Source of the DNA: Vicinamibacteria bacterium
GTDB taxonomy: Bacteria > Acidobacteriota > Vicinamibacteria > Marinacidobacterales > Marinacidobacteraceae
Reading direction: 5' to 3'
DNA: 64,000 nucleotides
Assembly: GCA_964291235.2 (NCBI GenBank)
Contig: OZ219816.1
Coordinates: forward strand, 1,184,001 to 1,248,000
The notes below the pieces were generated by a model. That model searched no databases. It was given only the letters and a program-made list of their open reading frames with translations, and was not told where the DNA came from. Position 1 is the first letter of the stretch. Each line of letters opens with the position of its first letter. Shown piece by piece: positions 21,057 through 30,930 of the stretch. A program made the translations under genes and the position numbers.

Positions 21057-22691
21057 TCAGCGCAGCAGTAGGTTTCGGGCGCGCCGGTCCGTTTCCGGCC
21101 TCTCGAGGGCGGCGAGAAGCCATTGGCCGAAGGCCGGCCCGTAGCGGTTCGCGAAGACGAACGGACTCAAGCGCCGCTCCTGTGGGGTCCCCCCGGGAAA
21201 GAGAGCGTTTCGGGCTCTCAGGAAACGCTGCCGGCGTTCCTCATCGCGGCGTTTTGCGGCACGCACGCTCTTCGCTTCGAGGTCGTTGACGATGGAAAGC
21301 ACCTTGCCCCGGGCGCGGTGGGCCGCGGCGGTCAGGCTCCCGTCCACGGCGCTGATGGTCCGTTCCACTTCGCCGAACGAGGAGTCGAGCGCGGCCTTGG
21401 CCTCGGCGAACGCGGCAGCCGCCGCCGGATCGGCAGCGCGCCGGTTGAGGGCGGCTTCGTCGCCGGCGGAAAGCTCGTCGAAGGCGATGCCGTCCCCGTC
21501 CAGCACCCGGAGCTGCGACCGCGTGAGTATCGCGACCTGATGGCGGGGAATCACCAGCGGACGCGGAATCCGGTGGATGTCGTAGAGGTCGCCCATTTGT
21601 GCGTGGTAGGCGATTTCGGAAGGCCCGCCAACGTACATCGCCGTGGGGAGCAGGAAGTCCTGTACGAGGGGGCGCAGCAACACGGCAGCGCTGAGACGCT
21701 CGACACAACCTTCGAGCAGGGCATCCGGGGGCCTTCCGGAGGCGTCGGTCCGGACCCGCGTCCGGACTCCGCTCGCTCCCGTGCAGAAGACGCCGTAGCC
21801 CTCGGGAGCGGCCTGACCCGGAAACCCGATAGCTTCGATCTCGCGCGTTCGCAGAGCGATTTGCCGGCGGCCTTCGGCTTCGTGTTCGATGGCCGCCTCG
21901 TACACCGGAAAGGCGAGGTGCTTGAGTTCCGGCGCCGTCGGGTCCATCACCACCAGCCCGGTTCCTCGGGACAGATGCAGGAGGAGGCGCCCGAATGCCT
22001 CGGGAAGGGAGTGTCCCGGGGCGTAGCACTCCTGGACCACGGCGTGGAGTTCGGCCGAGTACTCGGTTTCGGGCAGGATTTCCCGCAACTGCCGGTGCAG
22101 GTCGAGAACGGAGTCATCGAGGATGCGTTGAAACGCCGGGAGGCCGAGGTGTTCGTCCCTGGGTTCGTAGCGGAGCGGATGTGGATCTCCGGATCGATCG
22201 AGGAACCAGGCATCCCGAATCTCCTCGAAATCATGATCGTCACCCTCGATCCAGAAGACGGCGACGGTTCGCTGTCCGCTCCGCGCTTCGAGTTCGCGCG
22301 CGGCGGCGACGGTGGACATCGCCTTGATGAGCGAATAGAGCGGGCCGCCGAAGAGTCCGGGCTGCTGGCCGGTAACCACGGCAAGGGTGTCGGAACCGGC
22401 CAGGCGCTGTGCCGCCGCCAGCGCCGCCGGGTCCGCTCCCCAGGTGCGGTTCGTCGCGGCGATCACCTCTGCGGCGCGGGTCCGGGTGGCGTCAGCCGCG
22501 CGGGCTCGTCCCGCGCGTTCCCAGGCTTCTTCCGCAAACGGATCGGGAAGAAGGGTCGCAAACCGCTGGGGGTTGCGGCTCCAGGCGTCGAAGAAGGTGC
22601 CGGCGCGGACCCGAAGCGTTCGCACGAACGGGACCTCGTCGCGGGAGGCGGCGGGGTCGGGGGGACGGCTCAGCGTCTCGGTGGCGTTCAT
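21057..22691 (-). CDS. bshC: Bacillithiol biosynthesis cysteine-adding enzyme
   Basis: VVTGQQPGLFGGPLY, FWIEGDDHDFEE, LLRPLVQDFLLPT, YVGGPSEIAY and PQER motifs; 544 aa. Confidence 0.9.
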   Translation of the reverse strand: MNATETLSRPPDPAASRDEVPFVRTLRVRAGTFFDAWSRNPQRFATLLPDPFAEEAWERAGRARAADATRTRAAEVIAATNRTWGADPAALAAAQRLAGSDTLAVVTGQQPGLFGGPLYSLIKAMSTVAAARELEARSGQRTVAVFWIEGDDHDFEEIRDAWFLDRSGDPHPLRYEPRDEHLGLPAFQRILDDSVLDLHRQLREILPETEYSAELHAVVQECYAPGHSLPEAFGRLLLHLSRGTGLVVMDPTAPELKHLAFPVYEAAIEHEAEGRRQIALRTREIEAIGFPGQAAPEGYGVFCTGASGVRTRVRTDASGRPPDALLEGCVERLSAAVLLRPLVQDFLLPTAMYVGGPSEIAYHAQMGDLYDIHRIPRPLVIPRHQVAILTRSQLRVLDGDGIAFDELSAGDEAALNRRAADPAAAAAFAEAKAALDSSFGEVERTISAVDGSLTAAAHRARGKVLSIVNDLEAKSVRAAKRRDEERRQRFLRARNALFPGGTPQERRLSPFVFANRYGPAFGQWLLAALERPETDRRARNLLLR

Positions 22692-23269
22692 GGTGTTACC
22701 GGCCCGATCCGGCGCCAGGGAAAAATCCGGAAGACCGCTTCGCCAATGACGTCGTCTCCGGATATGGCGCCCCAGTGGCGACTGTCGCTGCTGGCGCCGC
22801 GGTTGTCGCCGAGCACGAAGTAGTCACCGGGAGCGAGAACGACCGAGACTGTTCCCGGCCCGTCGAAGGTCGTGGGGCCACCGGCTCCGGCCGCATTCGC
22901 CACCGGGGTCACGACCTCCGACAGGGACATCCCCGTGTCGGATGCGGGCAGCACCTGCACGTCATTGCCGCGAAACTGGACCGTGTCTCCCGGCACGCCG
23001 ATCACCCGTTTCACCATCACGGTGCCCTCGTCGGAGGGATCCCGGAAGAGCAGGACATCATCGCGAGCGATCGAGGTGACCCGGAGGCTCAGCTTGTTCA
23101 CCACGACCCGCTCGCCCGAGCGGAGGGTTGGCGCCATGCTCGATCCCTGGATTCGGTACACCTGGGCACCGTAGGCCATGACGATCCAGGCGCCCGCGGC
23201 CGCGATTGCCGCCGTGCGCAGGAATCCGAGCACCGGCCGGAGCGGGCCGGGTTTTGGAAGTTGCTCCAT
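22688..23269 (-). CDS. lepB: Signal peptidase I
   Basis: GSSMAPTL (Ser), VKRVIGVPGD (Lys), YFVLGDNRGASSDSRHWG. Confidence 0.93.
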   Translation of the reverse strand: MEQLPKPGPLRPVLGFLRTAAIAAAGAWIVMAYGAQVYRIQGSSMAPTLRSGERVVVNKLSLRVTSIARDDVLLFRDPSDEGTVMVKRVIGVPGDTVQFRGNDVQVLPASDTGMSLSEVVTPVANAAGAGGPTTFDGPGTVSVVLAPGDYFVLGDNRGASSDSRHWGAISGDDVIGEAVFRIFPWRRIGPVTP

Positions 23270-23273
23270 CGGA

Positions 23274-25184
23274 CTACATCCGTTCGGGAACCGGAATTCC
23301 GAGGAGTCCGAGACCCTGCCGGTGCTGGGCCACAAACGTCTCCACCGCATAGGTGCGAAGCAGGCGTGCCCCGGGATCCGGCTCCCCGGAGATGCGGTAG
23401 CGGTGGTAGAAGGCGTTGAAGCGTTGCGCACCCTCGTAGGCCCAGCGCGCCAGGACCTGGGGATCCTCCGCGGCGGCGGCCGCCGCCGCGGCCTCCCGGA
23501 GTTCGAGCGCGCCGCGCACCAGGGTCCAGAGGTCGGCTGCCTCCTCCGGGCTCCGTTTGGCGAGCAAGTCGTCGAAACCCTCCGGCGGCGCCGGGCAGGC
23601 CTCCGGAATGGAGCGTTCGAGCCGCGCGAGAATCTTGGCTCCCCGCACCGCGGCGTATTGCAGGTAGGGACCGGTAGCCCCCTCGAGGCTCAGGGCCTCC
23701 TCCAGATCGAAGACGATGAGCTGGTTCTTGGTCACCCGCACCATCAGGTAGCGAAGCGCTCCGACCGCGATCGCCAGGGCCACCGAGCGTTGCGCTCCCG
23801 ACTCCAGGTCAGGATTCCGCGCCGCCACTTCCGCGCTCGTTCGCTCGATGAGCGCATCGAGGAAATCGTCGGCCTTGATTCCGATCCCCTTTCGGCCGGA
23901 GACCTCCACCGCGCCGTCCCCCACACCGCTTCCCAGACCGAGCGCCTCCACCGTTGCCGGAGTCAGCGCCACCATTTCGTACGACAGATGACGCGTTCGC
24001 GCCCGATCGGCCTCGGAGGTCAGGCGGGCGACCGCTTCCTGAACGACCTGCTGGGTGTACGACTGCCGGGCGTCGATCACGTGATGCACGAGCGCGGCAG
24101 CGCCGAAGCTCGGGGCGCTGGCGTCTTGCGGCCCGGCGGTGCTCATCCAGACGCGTCCTCCATCGGGATACCGGTAGAAGGAACGCCAGCGGAATTCGCG
24201 ATCCAGTAGCCCCAGTTGCCACATCTGGTAGGCGATGTCCTTGCCGACGTAGGTCACGGTCCCGTTGGAGCGGACGATGACCTTTTCACCGTCCTGAGCC
24301 AGATCGGTGTCCATCACCCAGCAGCCCCGGTTCTTCCCGGACTCGCTCCGGCGGATAGCGCGCCCCTCGCGCAGCAGTTCGAAAGCACGGTCCCAGAAAT
24401 GCAGGTGCAGAATCGACTTTTCGCAGGGCAGGAGGTCGTAACGGACCCCGATCCGCTCCATGGTCTCCAGATGCCGGTAGGCGACGGCGTCCGCCACGAT
24501 GGCGCCGATCTCCGCCCATGGGTTCTCGCCGTGTTCGAGGCCATGCAGCGCCTCCTGGCGAGCCGCACGACCGTCGGGGTCTTCCTCGATCCAGCGAGAT
24601 ATCTCGGTGTAGAGATCCCAGCACAGATAGTCGAACCGCGGCTGCTGCACCAGGCGCCGCACCTCGTCGGCATCCACTTGCCGCAGCCGCAGGAAGCCGA
24701 GCACCACGTCCGCGACCTGCACACCGGTGTCGTCGATGTAGGTTTGCACCTCGATCCGGTGTCCCAAGAACCGAAGGATGCGGGCATAGGCGTCACCGAG
24801 GGCGGCGTTTCGGAGATGGCCGATGTGGGCCGCCTTGTTCGGATTGATGCTGGTGTGTTCGACGACGTGGATCCCTTCGGGAGCCTCGCCCCCGCTTTCG
24901 GCCAGCGCGTGTCGTATCCACAGCTCCCGGTTCAGGAAGACGTTGACGTAACCAGGGCCGGCCACCTCCACCCGCCGGACTTCAGGACGGTCGGCGAGCA
25001 CCTCCGCGAGGGTCTTGGCGATCTCTCGCGGCGGCCGGCGTAGCTGCCGGGCCAGACCGAATGCGGCTGGGAAAGCGAGATCTCCCTGCTCGGGAGATGG
25101 GGGAGTTTCCGAGACCACGGCAAACCCCGGAGCCCCGGCATTCGCGGCGGTCTCGCGTATGACTTCCTCGAGCACTCGGAGCAT
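23274..25184 (-). CDS. argS: Arginine--tRNA ligase
   Basis: GPGYVN, EHTSINPNKAAHIGHLRN (HIGH), RSNGTVTY, GPYLQY and terminal PERM. Confidence 0.95.
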   Translation of the reverse strand: MLRVLEEVIRETAANAGAPGFAVVSETPPSPEQGDLAFPAAFGLARQLRRPPREIAKTLAEVLADRPEVRRVEVAGPGYVNVFLNRELWIRHALAESGGEAPEGIHVVEHTSINPNKAAHIGHLRNAALGDAYARILRFLGHRIEVQTYIDDTGVQVADVVLGFLRLRQVDADEVRRLVQQPRFDYLCWDLYTEISRWIEEDPDGRAARQEALHGLEHGENPWAEIGAIVADAVAYRHLETMERIGVRYDLLPCEKSILHLHFWDRAFELLREGRAIRRSESGKNRGCWVMDTDLAQDGEKVIVRSNGTVTYVGKDIAYQMWQLGLLDREFRWRSFYRYPDGGRVWMSTAGPQDASAPSFGAAALVHHVIDARQSYTQQVVQEAVARLTSEADRARTRHLSYEMVALTPATVEALGLGSGVGDGAVEVSGRKGIGIKADDFLDALIERTSAEVAARNPDLESGAQRSVALAIAVGALRYLMVRVTKNQLIVFDLEEALSLEGATGPYLQYAAVRGAKILARLERSIPEACPAPPEGFDDLLAKRSPEEAADLWTLVRGALELREAAAAAAAAEDPQVLARWAYEGAQRFNAFYHRYRISGEPDPGARLLRTYAVETFVAQHRQGLGLLGIPVPERM

Positions 25185-25239
25185 CGGCGCGGAGTCTAGT
25201 GGCTGGGGGAGGGCCCGGCGTCTGGGGTGTCCAGACGGT

Positions 25240-25424
25240 TAACAGCCTGTGGCAAAACCCCCGCGGCGTTCGCCGGGCGATTCATCCCGCATGAACCGCG
25301 CCTCTGCGAGGCGCTCATCGTTGCGTTTCGGTCGAAATACACTCGGTATTCCTCCCTCACGCGCCTTGTCAGCCGGGCGCCTCACCCGTCTCGGCGCTCA
25401 CGGGGGTTTCACCACAGGCTGTTA
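25240..25424. mobile_element. MITE-like element, copy 3 (lacks the internal cassette)
   Basis: Perfect 15-bp inverted repeat GTTAACAGCCTGTGG (25238-25252) / CCACAGGCTGTTAAC (25412-25426); same core as copies 1 and 2. Confidence 0.85.
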
Positions 25425-26399
25425 ACGCCCGGTTTCCGGGTCGCTCGCCGGCTCGAAGGGCCCGTAATAGCCCCGCCGGGCTCGTATCTCCGCTTTGCCG
25501 CCGTCCGGTAGCGCCACCTCGACCTCGATGCGGCGATACCGCCCTTCGCGCCGGGTGTTCGACGAGACATAACCGATCGTGTATTGGCTGTAGAGCTCGT
25601 CCAGGATCCGGTCATAGAGTTCGTCGAGTTGTTCGAGCGAAGACGCGAGGGCGTAGGAACCACCGCTGTTCTCGGCGATCGCCCGCAGGAAGCGGGCGTT
25701 TTGGAACACCTGGTCGTGCCGGCTGCGATCTCCGAACTGAATCGAATGGATGGTGGTGTCGCTGAGCTTCACGAGGTCGAGCGCTTCGGAAAACATGAGG
25801 GTGGACCGGGAGTCGGCGCCGTCGCTGAATACCGCGAGCGTCTTCCGGCCGTCGTAGTCGTACACCCGGTCGAGAAACGTGGCCACCGCGTCATAGAGCG
25901 CGGTCCAGCCCTCGGCTTCGATGTCGTAGATGCGGTTCGAAATCGTGCGCTGGTCGTCGCTTGAAAACTCGGACAGCCAGATGTTCTCGTCGAAGCTGAT
26001 GACGAAGAGGTTTTGGGTCCTCGGAATGTTGGTGAGGAACTTGATCGCCGCTTCGTGCAGCAGCGCAAGATCCTCCTCCATGCTGCCCGATGAATCGAGC
26101 AGCAGGCCGATGACCTGCTTCTGGGCGAGCTCCTCTTTCTGATCGGGCGGCAGATCGACCCAGGATTCCTCGAGCCCGGCGCCGAACACGAGGATCTCCT
26201 GCTCCACGCCGTCCTCGAGCACCCGGAAGTCCCCGGCGCCGAGTCCCGTAACGAACTCCCCGTCCTCCCGGGTGACCGCCACCGGCACCGAAACAAGATC
26301 GACTCCGGCCTCGAATCGGAAGATTTCCTGTTCCTGGGCCGGCGCCGCAAACGCGAACAGGAGTAACCCGGCCCCCAGCGTGGCCACCCGGTGGGTCAT
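25422..26399 (-). CDS. Secreted VWA-domain protein (acidobacterial VWFA-related type)
   Basis: Signal peptide; VDLVSVPVAV...DFRVLEDGVEQ, LLLDSSGSM (MIDAS), TALYDA, SDGAD, QYTIGY and RARRGYY. Confidence 0.88.
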   Translation of the reverse strand: MTHRVATLGAGLLLFAFAAPAQEQEIFRFEAGVDLVSVPVAVTREDGEFVTGLGAGDFRVLEDGVEQEILVFGAGLEESWVDLPPDQKEELAQKQVIGLLLDSSGSMEEDLALLHEAAIKFLTNIPRTQNLFVISFDENIWLSEFSSDDQRTISNRIYDIEAEGWTALYDAVATFLDRVYDYDGRKTLAVFSDGADSRSTLMFSEALDLVKLSDTTIHSIQFGDRSRHDQVFQNARFLRAIAENSGGSYALASSLEQLDELYDRILDELYSQYTIGYVSSNTRREGRYRRIEVEVALPDGGKAEIRARRGYYGPFEPASDPETGR

Positions 26400-26498
26400 G
26401 CGCGGCATTGTCCCATCCGGATGGGAGAGCACGCGAGCGTCGTTCCACCCCAGGGGGGTCACCCCGAGCCCGGTAGGGAACGCCGCGCCCACGGCCCC

Positions 26499-28361
26499 TC
26501 AGATGAGCCCGGCCACGCTCCGGATGGCGAGGTCGAAGCGGTTGAAGGGCGGCATCACGTACACCCCGGCGGCGACGTCCCGCGCGGCGGCGACCATGTC
26601 GCGGGCCACCGCCACCCCGACTTCACGGGCGCGCTGCCGGTTCGGAGCGGCCGCGAGGCGACTGCGGACCGATCGCGGGACGCTCATTCCGGGAACCTCG
26701 TTGTGGAGGAACTCGGCGTTTCGGGAGCTGACCAGCGGCAAGACTCCGACGAGCACGGGAATCTCGAAGCCGCGGACATCGCCGAGGAATCGCTCCAGCA
26801 GATTCGTTTCATACACAGGCTGCGTAAGGCAGTACTGCGCGCCGGCCGCGACCTTCTTCTCGAACTTCCGCATTTCGGCCTCGGGGTCGGCCGCCGCCGG
26901 ATTCGCGCCGACTCCGATGTAGAAGGGAAGCGGCGCGCCGAGGGGATTCCCCGCCAGGTCGAAACCGTGGTTCAGGCCGTCCAGGATGCGGACGAGTCCA
27001 ACCGAGTCCACATCGAAAACCGCCGTCGCGTGGGGGTAGTCCCCGAGCTTCGGTGGATCGCCGGTGACCGCCAGCAGGTTGCGGATTCCCAGGGCGTGGG
27101 CGCCCAACAGGTCCGATTGGATACCGATCAGATTGCGGTCCCGGCACTGGTAGTGAAGGATCGTCTCCACGCCGCCCCTCCGCTCGACCAGCGCGGCGAA
27201 CGCGATCGCGCTCATCCGGGCGGTGGCGCGCGGCCCGTCGGCAATGTTCACGAACCGGATCCCGGCCTCGGCCAGTTCCTCCACCTTGTCAAGGAATCTG
27301 CCGGGATCGGCGCCCCGTGGCGGATCCATTTCCACCGACACGGCGAAGCGGCCGTCAACCAGGCAGCCGGCCAGGCCGGAACGCTCGCGTGGCGCCACGA
27401 CGGGGACGGCGGCGGGCTCCGCTTCCGGCGCGGCCGGGGGTCCTGTTCCGGCAGCCCTCACGCGGGCCGTCCGTCTCCCGGCCGACGCGGCCCGGACCAC
27501 CCCGGCTACCGCGCCGATGTGCTCGACGCCGGTGCCGCAACACCCGCCGATCAGGGAGACGCCGAGCCGGAGATAGCGCTTCGCATAGTGAGCCACATAG
27601 TCCGGGGAGGATGGATACAGGAAGCGCCCCTCCACCCGCTCCGGAATCCCGGCGTTCGGCTGGGCGACCAGCGGGAGGCTGACGGCGTCCCGCATGCGTT
27701 CCAACGCGGTCAGAGTGGTGTCCGGGCCGATGCCGCAGTTGGAGCCGACCGCGTCGGCTCCGTCAGCGGCGAGCGCCTCGGCCGTCTGATCCGCCGACAC
27801 CCCGTAGAGGGTCGTTGCGTGCTCGGAAAACGTCATGAGCACGATGACCCCCAGGTCGGGCGCCACCTCCCGCGCCGCGGACAGGGCCAACCGGGCCTCG
27901 GGAAGGCTGGTGAAGGTCTCGATGAGGAGCGCGTCCACTCCGCTCTCGGCCAGCGCCGCGATCTGCTCGCGAAACCCCGCGGCGAATTGCGGCGCCTTCT
28001 CCTCGTCCAGGGGACCGAGAACCTCTCCGCTCGGTCCCACCGATCCGAAGACGGCAACCCCCGGGGCGACAGCGCCGCGCGCGAGGGCGACTCCCGCCGC
28101 ATTGATCCTGGCCACCTCGGAGGCGAGTCCATGCCGCCCCAGCTTCCAGCGGTTGGCGCCGAAGGTGTTGGTGCTCACCACTTCGGCGCCTGCCTCGACG
28201 TGGGCGGCGTGGATCGCCCGCACCCGGTCGGGATCGGACCGATTCAGGTCGTCGAAGGAGCGCCGCGCCGCGACGCCGCCGGTATAGAGCGCGGTGCCCA
28301 GCGCCCCGTCACCGACCCGGGACCGTTCCCTGAGAAATGCGGTCAGTTCGGCGCGGCGCAT
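26499..28361 (-). CDS. Bifunctional homocysteine S-methyltransferase / 5,10-methylenetetrahydrofolate reductase (YitJ-like)
   Basis: DGALGT, TNTFGAN and IGGCCGT, followed by an MTHFR domain (VEMDPPRG, CRDRNLIG, TGDPP, KKVAAGA, TQPVY, HNEVPG). Confidence 0.93.
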   Translation of the reverse strand: MRRAELTAFLRERSRVGDGALGTALYTGGVAARRSFDDLNRSDPDRVRAIHAAHVEAGAEVVSTNTFGANRWKLGRHGLASEVARINAAGVALARGAVAPGVAVFGSVGPSGEVLGPLDEEKAPQFAAGFREQIAALAESGVDALLIETFTSLPEARLALSAAREVAPDLGVIVLMTFSEHATTLYGVSADQTAEALAADGADAVGSNCGIGPDTTLTALERMRDAVSLPLVAQPNAGIPERVEGRFLYPSSPDYVAHYAKRYLRLGVSLIGGCCGTGVEHIGAVAGVVRAASAGRRTARVRAAGTGPPAAPEAEPAAVPVVAPRERSGLAGCLVDGRFAVSVEMDPPRGADPGRFLDKVEELAEAGIRFVNIADGPRATARMSAIAFAALVERRGGVETILHYQCRDRNLIGIQSDLLGAHALGIRNLLAVTGDPPKLGDYPHATAVFDVDSVGLVRILDGLNHGFDLAGNPLGAPLPFYIGVGANPAAADPEAEMRKFEKKVAAGAQYCLTQPVYETNLLERFLGDVRGFEIPVLVGVLPLVSSRNAEFLHNEVPGMSVPRSVRSRLAAAPNRQRAREVGVAVARDMVAAARDVAAGVYVMPPFNRFDLAIRSVAGLI

Positions 28362-28410
28362 CTCGCGGCCGGGGTCCCGGTTCCTTCGGGTGGGGAGCCG
28401 GGCGGGTGGC

Positions 28411-28722
28411 TCAGTACCCGACTACCCAGCGGTGGTCCACGACGAAGCGGAAACCCGAAGCGAGCGGGCGGAGGCCGAGCTCGGCGATCAGCGCGCGGGA
28501 AAAGGCGCGCGCCAGAATCGCATGCACCTCTTCACCGGTCTTTTGGGCCTGCTCTTCGGCGGCGCTGGATGCCAGATCGGTGACCAGCATCGTGCCCTCC
28601 ACGGTTTCGCCGCCCGAGGCGGCCTTCAGCGACCACGGCTGGTGCTTGTCGGTTTCGGAGCGTTCGGCGATTGCCGCGGCGGCCGCCCAACGGGCGCCGC
28701 GGCCTTCAAAGCTGACCTGCAT
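28411..28722 (-). CDS. Small hypothetical protein (103 aa)
   Basis: ATG-started ORF with protein-like composition, co-directional with both neighbours. Confidence 0.55.
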   Translation of the reverse strand: MQVSFEGRGARWAAAAAIAERSETDKHQPWSLKAASGGETVEGTMLVTDLASSAAEEQAQKTGEEVHAILARAFSRALIAELGLRPLASGFRFVVDHRWVVGY

Positions 28723-28737
28723 GGGGACGGAATTGTA

Positions 28738-28818
28738 TTAGCAATCTGTGGGGAAACCCACGCGAGCGCCGAGGCCGCGAGCGGGAGAACGGGGCCGCGT
28801 TGGTGGTGTCACCGGCTA
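28738..28818. repeat. Degenerate remnant of the MITE right end (inverted orientation) plus cassette-like motif
   Basis: TTAGCAATCTGTGGGGAAACCCACGCGAGCGCCGAG closely matches the reverse complement of the copy-1 right end (CTAGCAGTCTGTGGTGAAACCCCCGTGAGCGCCGAG); CGGGAGAACGGGGCC at 28782-28796. Confidence 0.65.
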
Positions 28819-29880
28819 GGGCAGGGCGGGTGGCTCGAAGATCTGCGGGCCGCTCCGGCAGTCGAGGGTCTCCAGGAACGCGACGAGATCGGTGATCTGC
28901 TCGTCACTGAGATCCCGGTCCACGAGTTCATCGGTGTCCAGGTAGGGATTGGCCAGCCCGCCGCTCGCCATCAGGCGCACCGCCTCCTCCAGAGTCGCCA
29001 CGCTTCCGTCGTGGAAATAGGGAGCGCTCTTCGAGATGTCGCGGAGGGTAGGGGTCTTGAAGGCGCCCTGGCAGGGTTCATCTTCGGTGGTGCTGCAAAG
29101 AGCCTCTTCCGTCACCCGCCCGCGGCCCAGGTCCGGCTCATCGGCATCCATGCCGATCCCGACGTTGTGGTACTTCATGTCGGTGAACAGGACCCCGCTG
29201 TGGCAGGTCGCGCAGCCGGCGCCCGCGGTAAACAGTTCCGCCCCCCGCATCGCCGCCTCCGACATGGCCGACGCGTCGCCCCGCCGCCAGTCGTCATAAG
29301 CGGTGTCCCCGCAGTAAAACGCCTCCCGCTCGAAGGCGGAAATCGCCTGCACGACGGCGTCCGGAGTTGCAGGGCCGCCGAAGACCGCCTGAAACTGTTC
29401 CGCGTAACCGGGAATTGCGTTCAACTCGGTGACGACCGCATCGGCATCGGCGCCCATGTTCCCGCCCGTCCAGGCGGCGCGCGCCTGGGCCTCGAGCGAT
29501 CCGCTCCGGCCGTCCCAATAGAACTGGGTGTGGTACGCGATGTTCCAGAGCGTGGGGCTGGATCGGGTCAGCACGCGGCCCAGCGCGCCCTCGGCGACCG
29601 GCTTTCCGTCGGTAAGGCCGTTTTCGACGAGGTGACAGCTGTAGCAGGACCGGGTTCCGTCCGCCGAGAGGCGGGTGTCGAAGTACAACTGCTTGCCGAG
29701 CGCCACTTTTTCCGGAGTTTGGGGATTGTCGGCGGGTACGACCGGCCTCTCGAAATCGGCGGGAGGTCCGGGGACGAACGCGGGCGGGGCCATCTCGCCG
29801 GCGGGCTCCTCGGCGGGCGGAGCGCAGGCGAGCGCGCCGGCGAACGCCAAGGGGAGGGTGAGAAATGAGAAAGCCCGCAT
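28816..29880 (-). CDS. Di-heme cytochrome c peroxidase (CcpA/MauG family), lipoprotein
   Basis: Two CxxCH motifs (CYSCH, CATCH), LGKQLYFDTRLS, QFYWDGR, FKTPTLR, PYFHDGS; LAC lipobox. Confidence 0.93.
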   Translation of the reverse strand: MRAFSFLTLPLAFAGALACAPPAEEPAGEMAPPAFVPGPPADFERPVVPADNPQTPEKVALGKQLYFDTRLSADGTRSCYSCHLVENGLTDGKPVAEGALGRVLTRSSPTLWNIAYHTQFYWDGRSGSLEAQARAAWTGGNMGADADAVVTELNAIPGYAEQFQAVFGGPATPDAVVQAISAFEREAFYCGDTAYDDWRRGDASAMSEAAMRGAELFTAGAGCATCHSGVLFTDMKYHNVGIGMDADEPDLGRGRVTEEALCSTTEDEPCQGAFKTPTLRDISKSAPYFHDGSVATLEEAVRLMASGGLANPYLDTDELVDRDLSDEQITDLVAFLETLDCRSGPQIFEPPALP

Positions 29881-30085
29881 CGCAGTACCCCGCTTCGGAA
29901 AACGTGGAGGAAAGAGGCGCCCAATGCTACCAGCCGAAGCCCGTCGGAAGGCTCCTCCCAAGCCGCGCCGAGGCTTGCTCCAAGAGTGCCAAAACGGCCG
30001 GCGTTGAGTCCCGTTTCCGTTCCCGCATTCAGCGGCAAGAGAGGAAAGGGGCGATCATCCCGGAGACGCGATAGGCTCCGGCAAC

Positions 30086-30913
30086 GTGTCTCGTCGAGGG
30101 ATTCTGGCCGCCGCCCTGCTTCTGGCTGCGGCAGGCGCGTCCTGGGGCGCCCTGGCGCTCCGCGCTCCGCTGGCGACGGTTCAGCCGACTCCCCGCCAGC
30201 TTCGCGAGATGATCGCGGACGCCGTCGGAGACGATTTGGGGGGGCCGCGTTTCGGAAAACCTCCGGTCCACGATTTCCATTTCACCCGGGCCGCCTACAC
30301 GAGTTATGGCTGGCGGGGCTGGCACGTTGACTACCCGAAGGCGGATCGGCAGTTCCTGATCGGCCTCCGCCGGATCACCAATCTCGACTCCTACGAGTAC
30401 GAGAACGCGGTTCTGCTCACGGATCCAAATCTTGGCAAGTACCCCTTCCTCTACACGGTGGAAGTCGGAGCCATGGCCATGACGGAAGCTGAGGTGGTGG
30501 CCCTGCGCCGCTACCTGCACCAGGGCGGCTTCCTGGTGGTGGACGACTTCTGGGGCACCTCCGAGTGGGTGAACTTCGCGCACGAGATGGGGCGGGTGCT
30601 GCCCGGCCGGCCGATCGAGGACATCCCGCTGGACCATCCGGTGTTCCGCTCTTTCTTCGAGATGGACGAGATCGTCCAGGTGCCCAACGTCGGGCAGGGG
30701 ATCCGTGGCGGGCCGACCTGGGAGCGGGACGGTTACGAGCCCGTGGTGCGGGGGATCTTCGACGATGAGGGGCGGCTGATGGTCCTGGTGAACTGGAACA
30801 CCGACCTCGGGGACGCCTGGGAGTGGGCCGAGAATCCCTATTACCCGCTGCACTTTTCGACCTACGCCTACGAAATGGGAGTCAACTTCATCATCTACGC
30901 GATGACGCACTGA
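30086..30913 (+). CDS. DUF4159-domain protein (1)
   Basis: WHVDYP, YPFLY, LRRYLHQGGFLVVDDFWG, DHPVF, NTDLGDAWE and MGVNFIIYAMTH; signal peptide. Confidence 0.85.
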   Translation: MSRRGILAAALLLAAAGASWGALALRAPLATVQPTPRQLREMIADAVGDDLGGPRFGKPPVHDFHFTRAAYTSYGWRGWHVDYPKADRQFLIGLRRITNLDSYEYENAVLLTDPNLGKYPFLYTVEVGAMAMTEAEVVALRRYLHQGGFLVVDDFWGTSEWVNFAHEMGRVLPGRPIEDIPLDHPVFRSFFEMDEIVQVPNVGQGIRGGPTWERDGYEPVVRGIFDDEGRLMVLVNWNTDLGDAWEWAENPYYPLHFSTYAYEMGVNFIIYAMTH

Positions 30914-30930
30914 CTGCCGGCTCCCGGATC

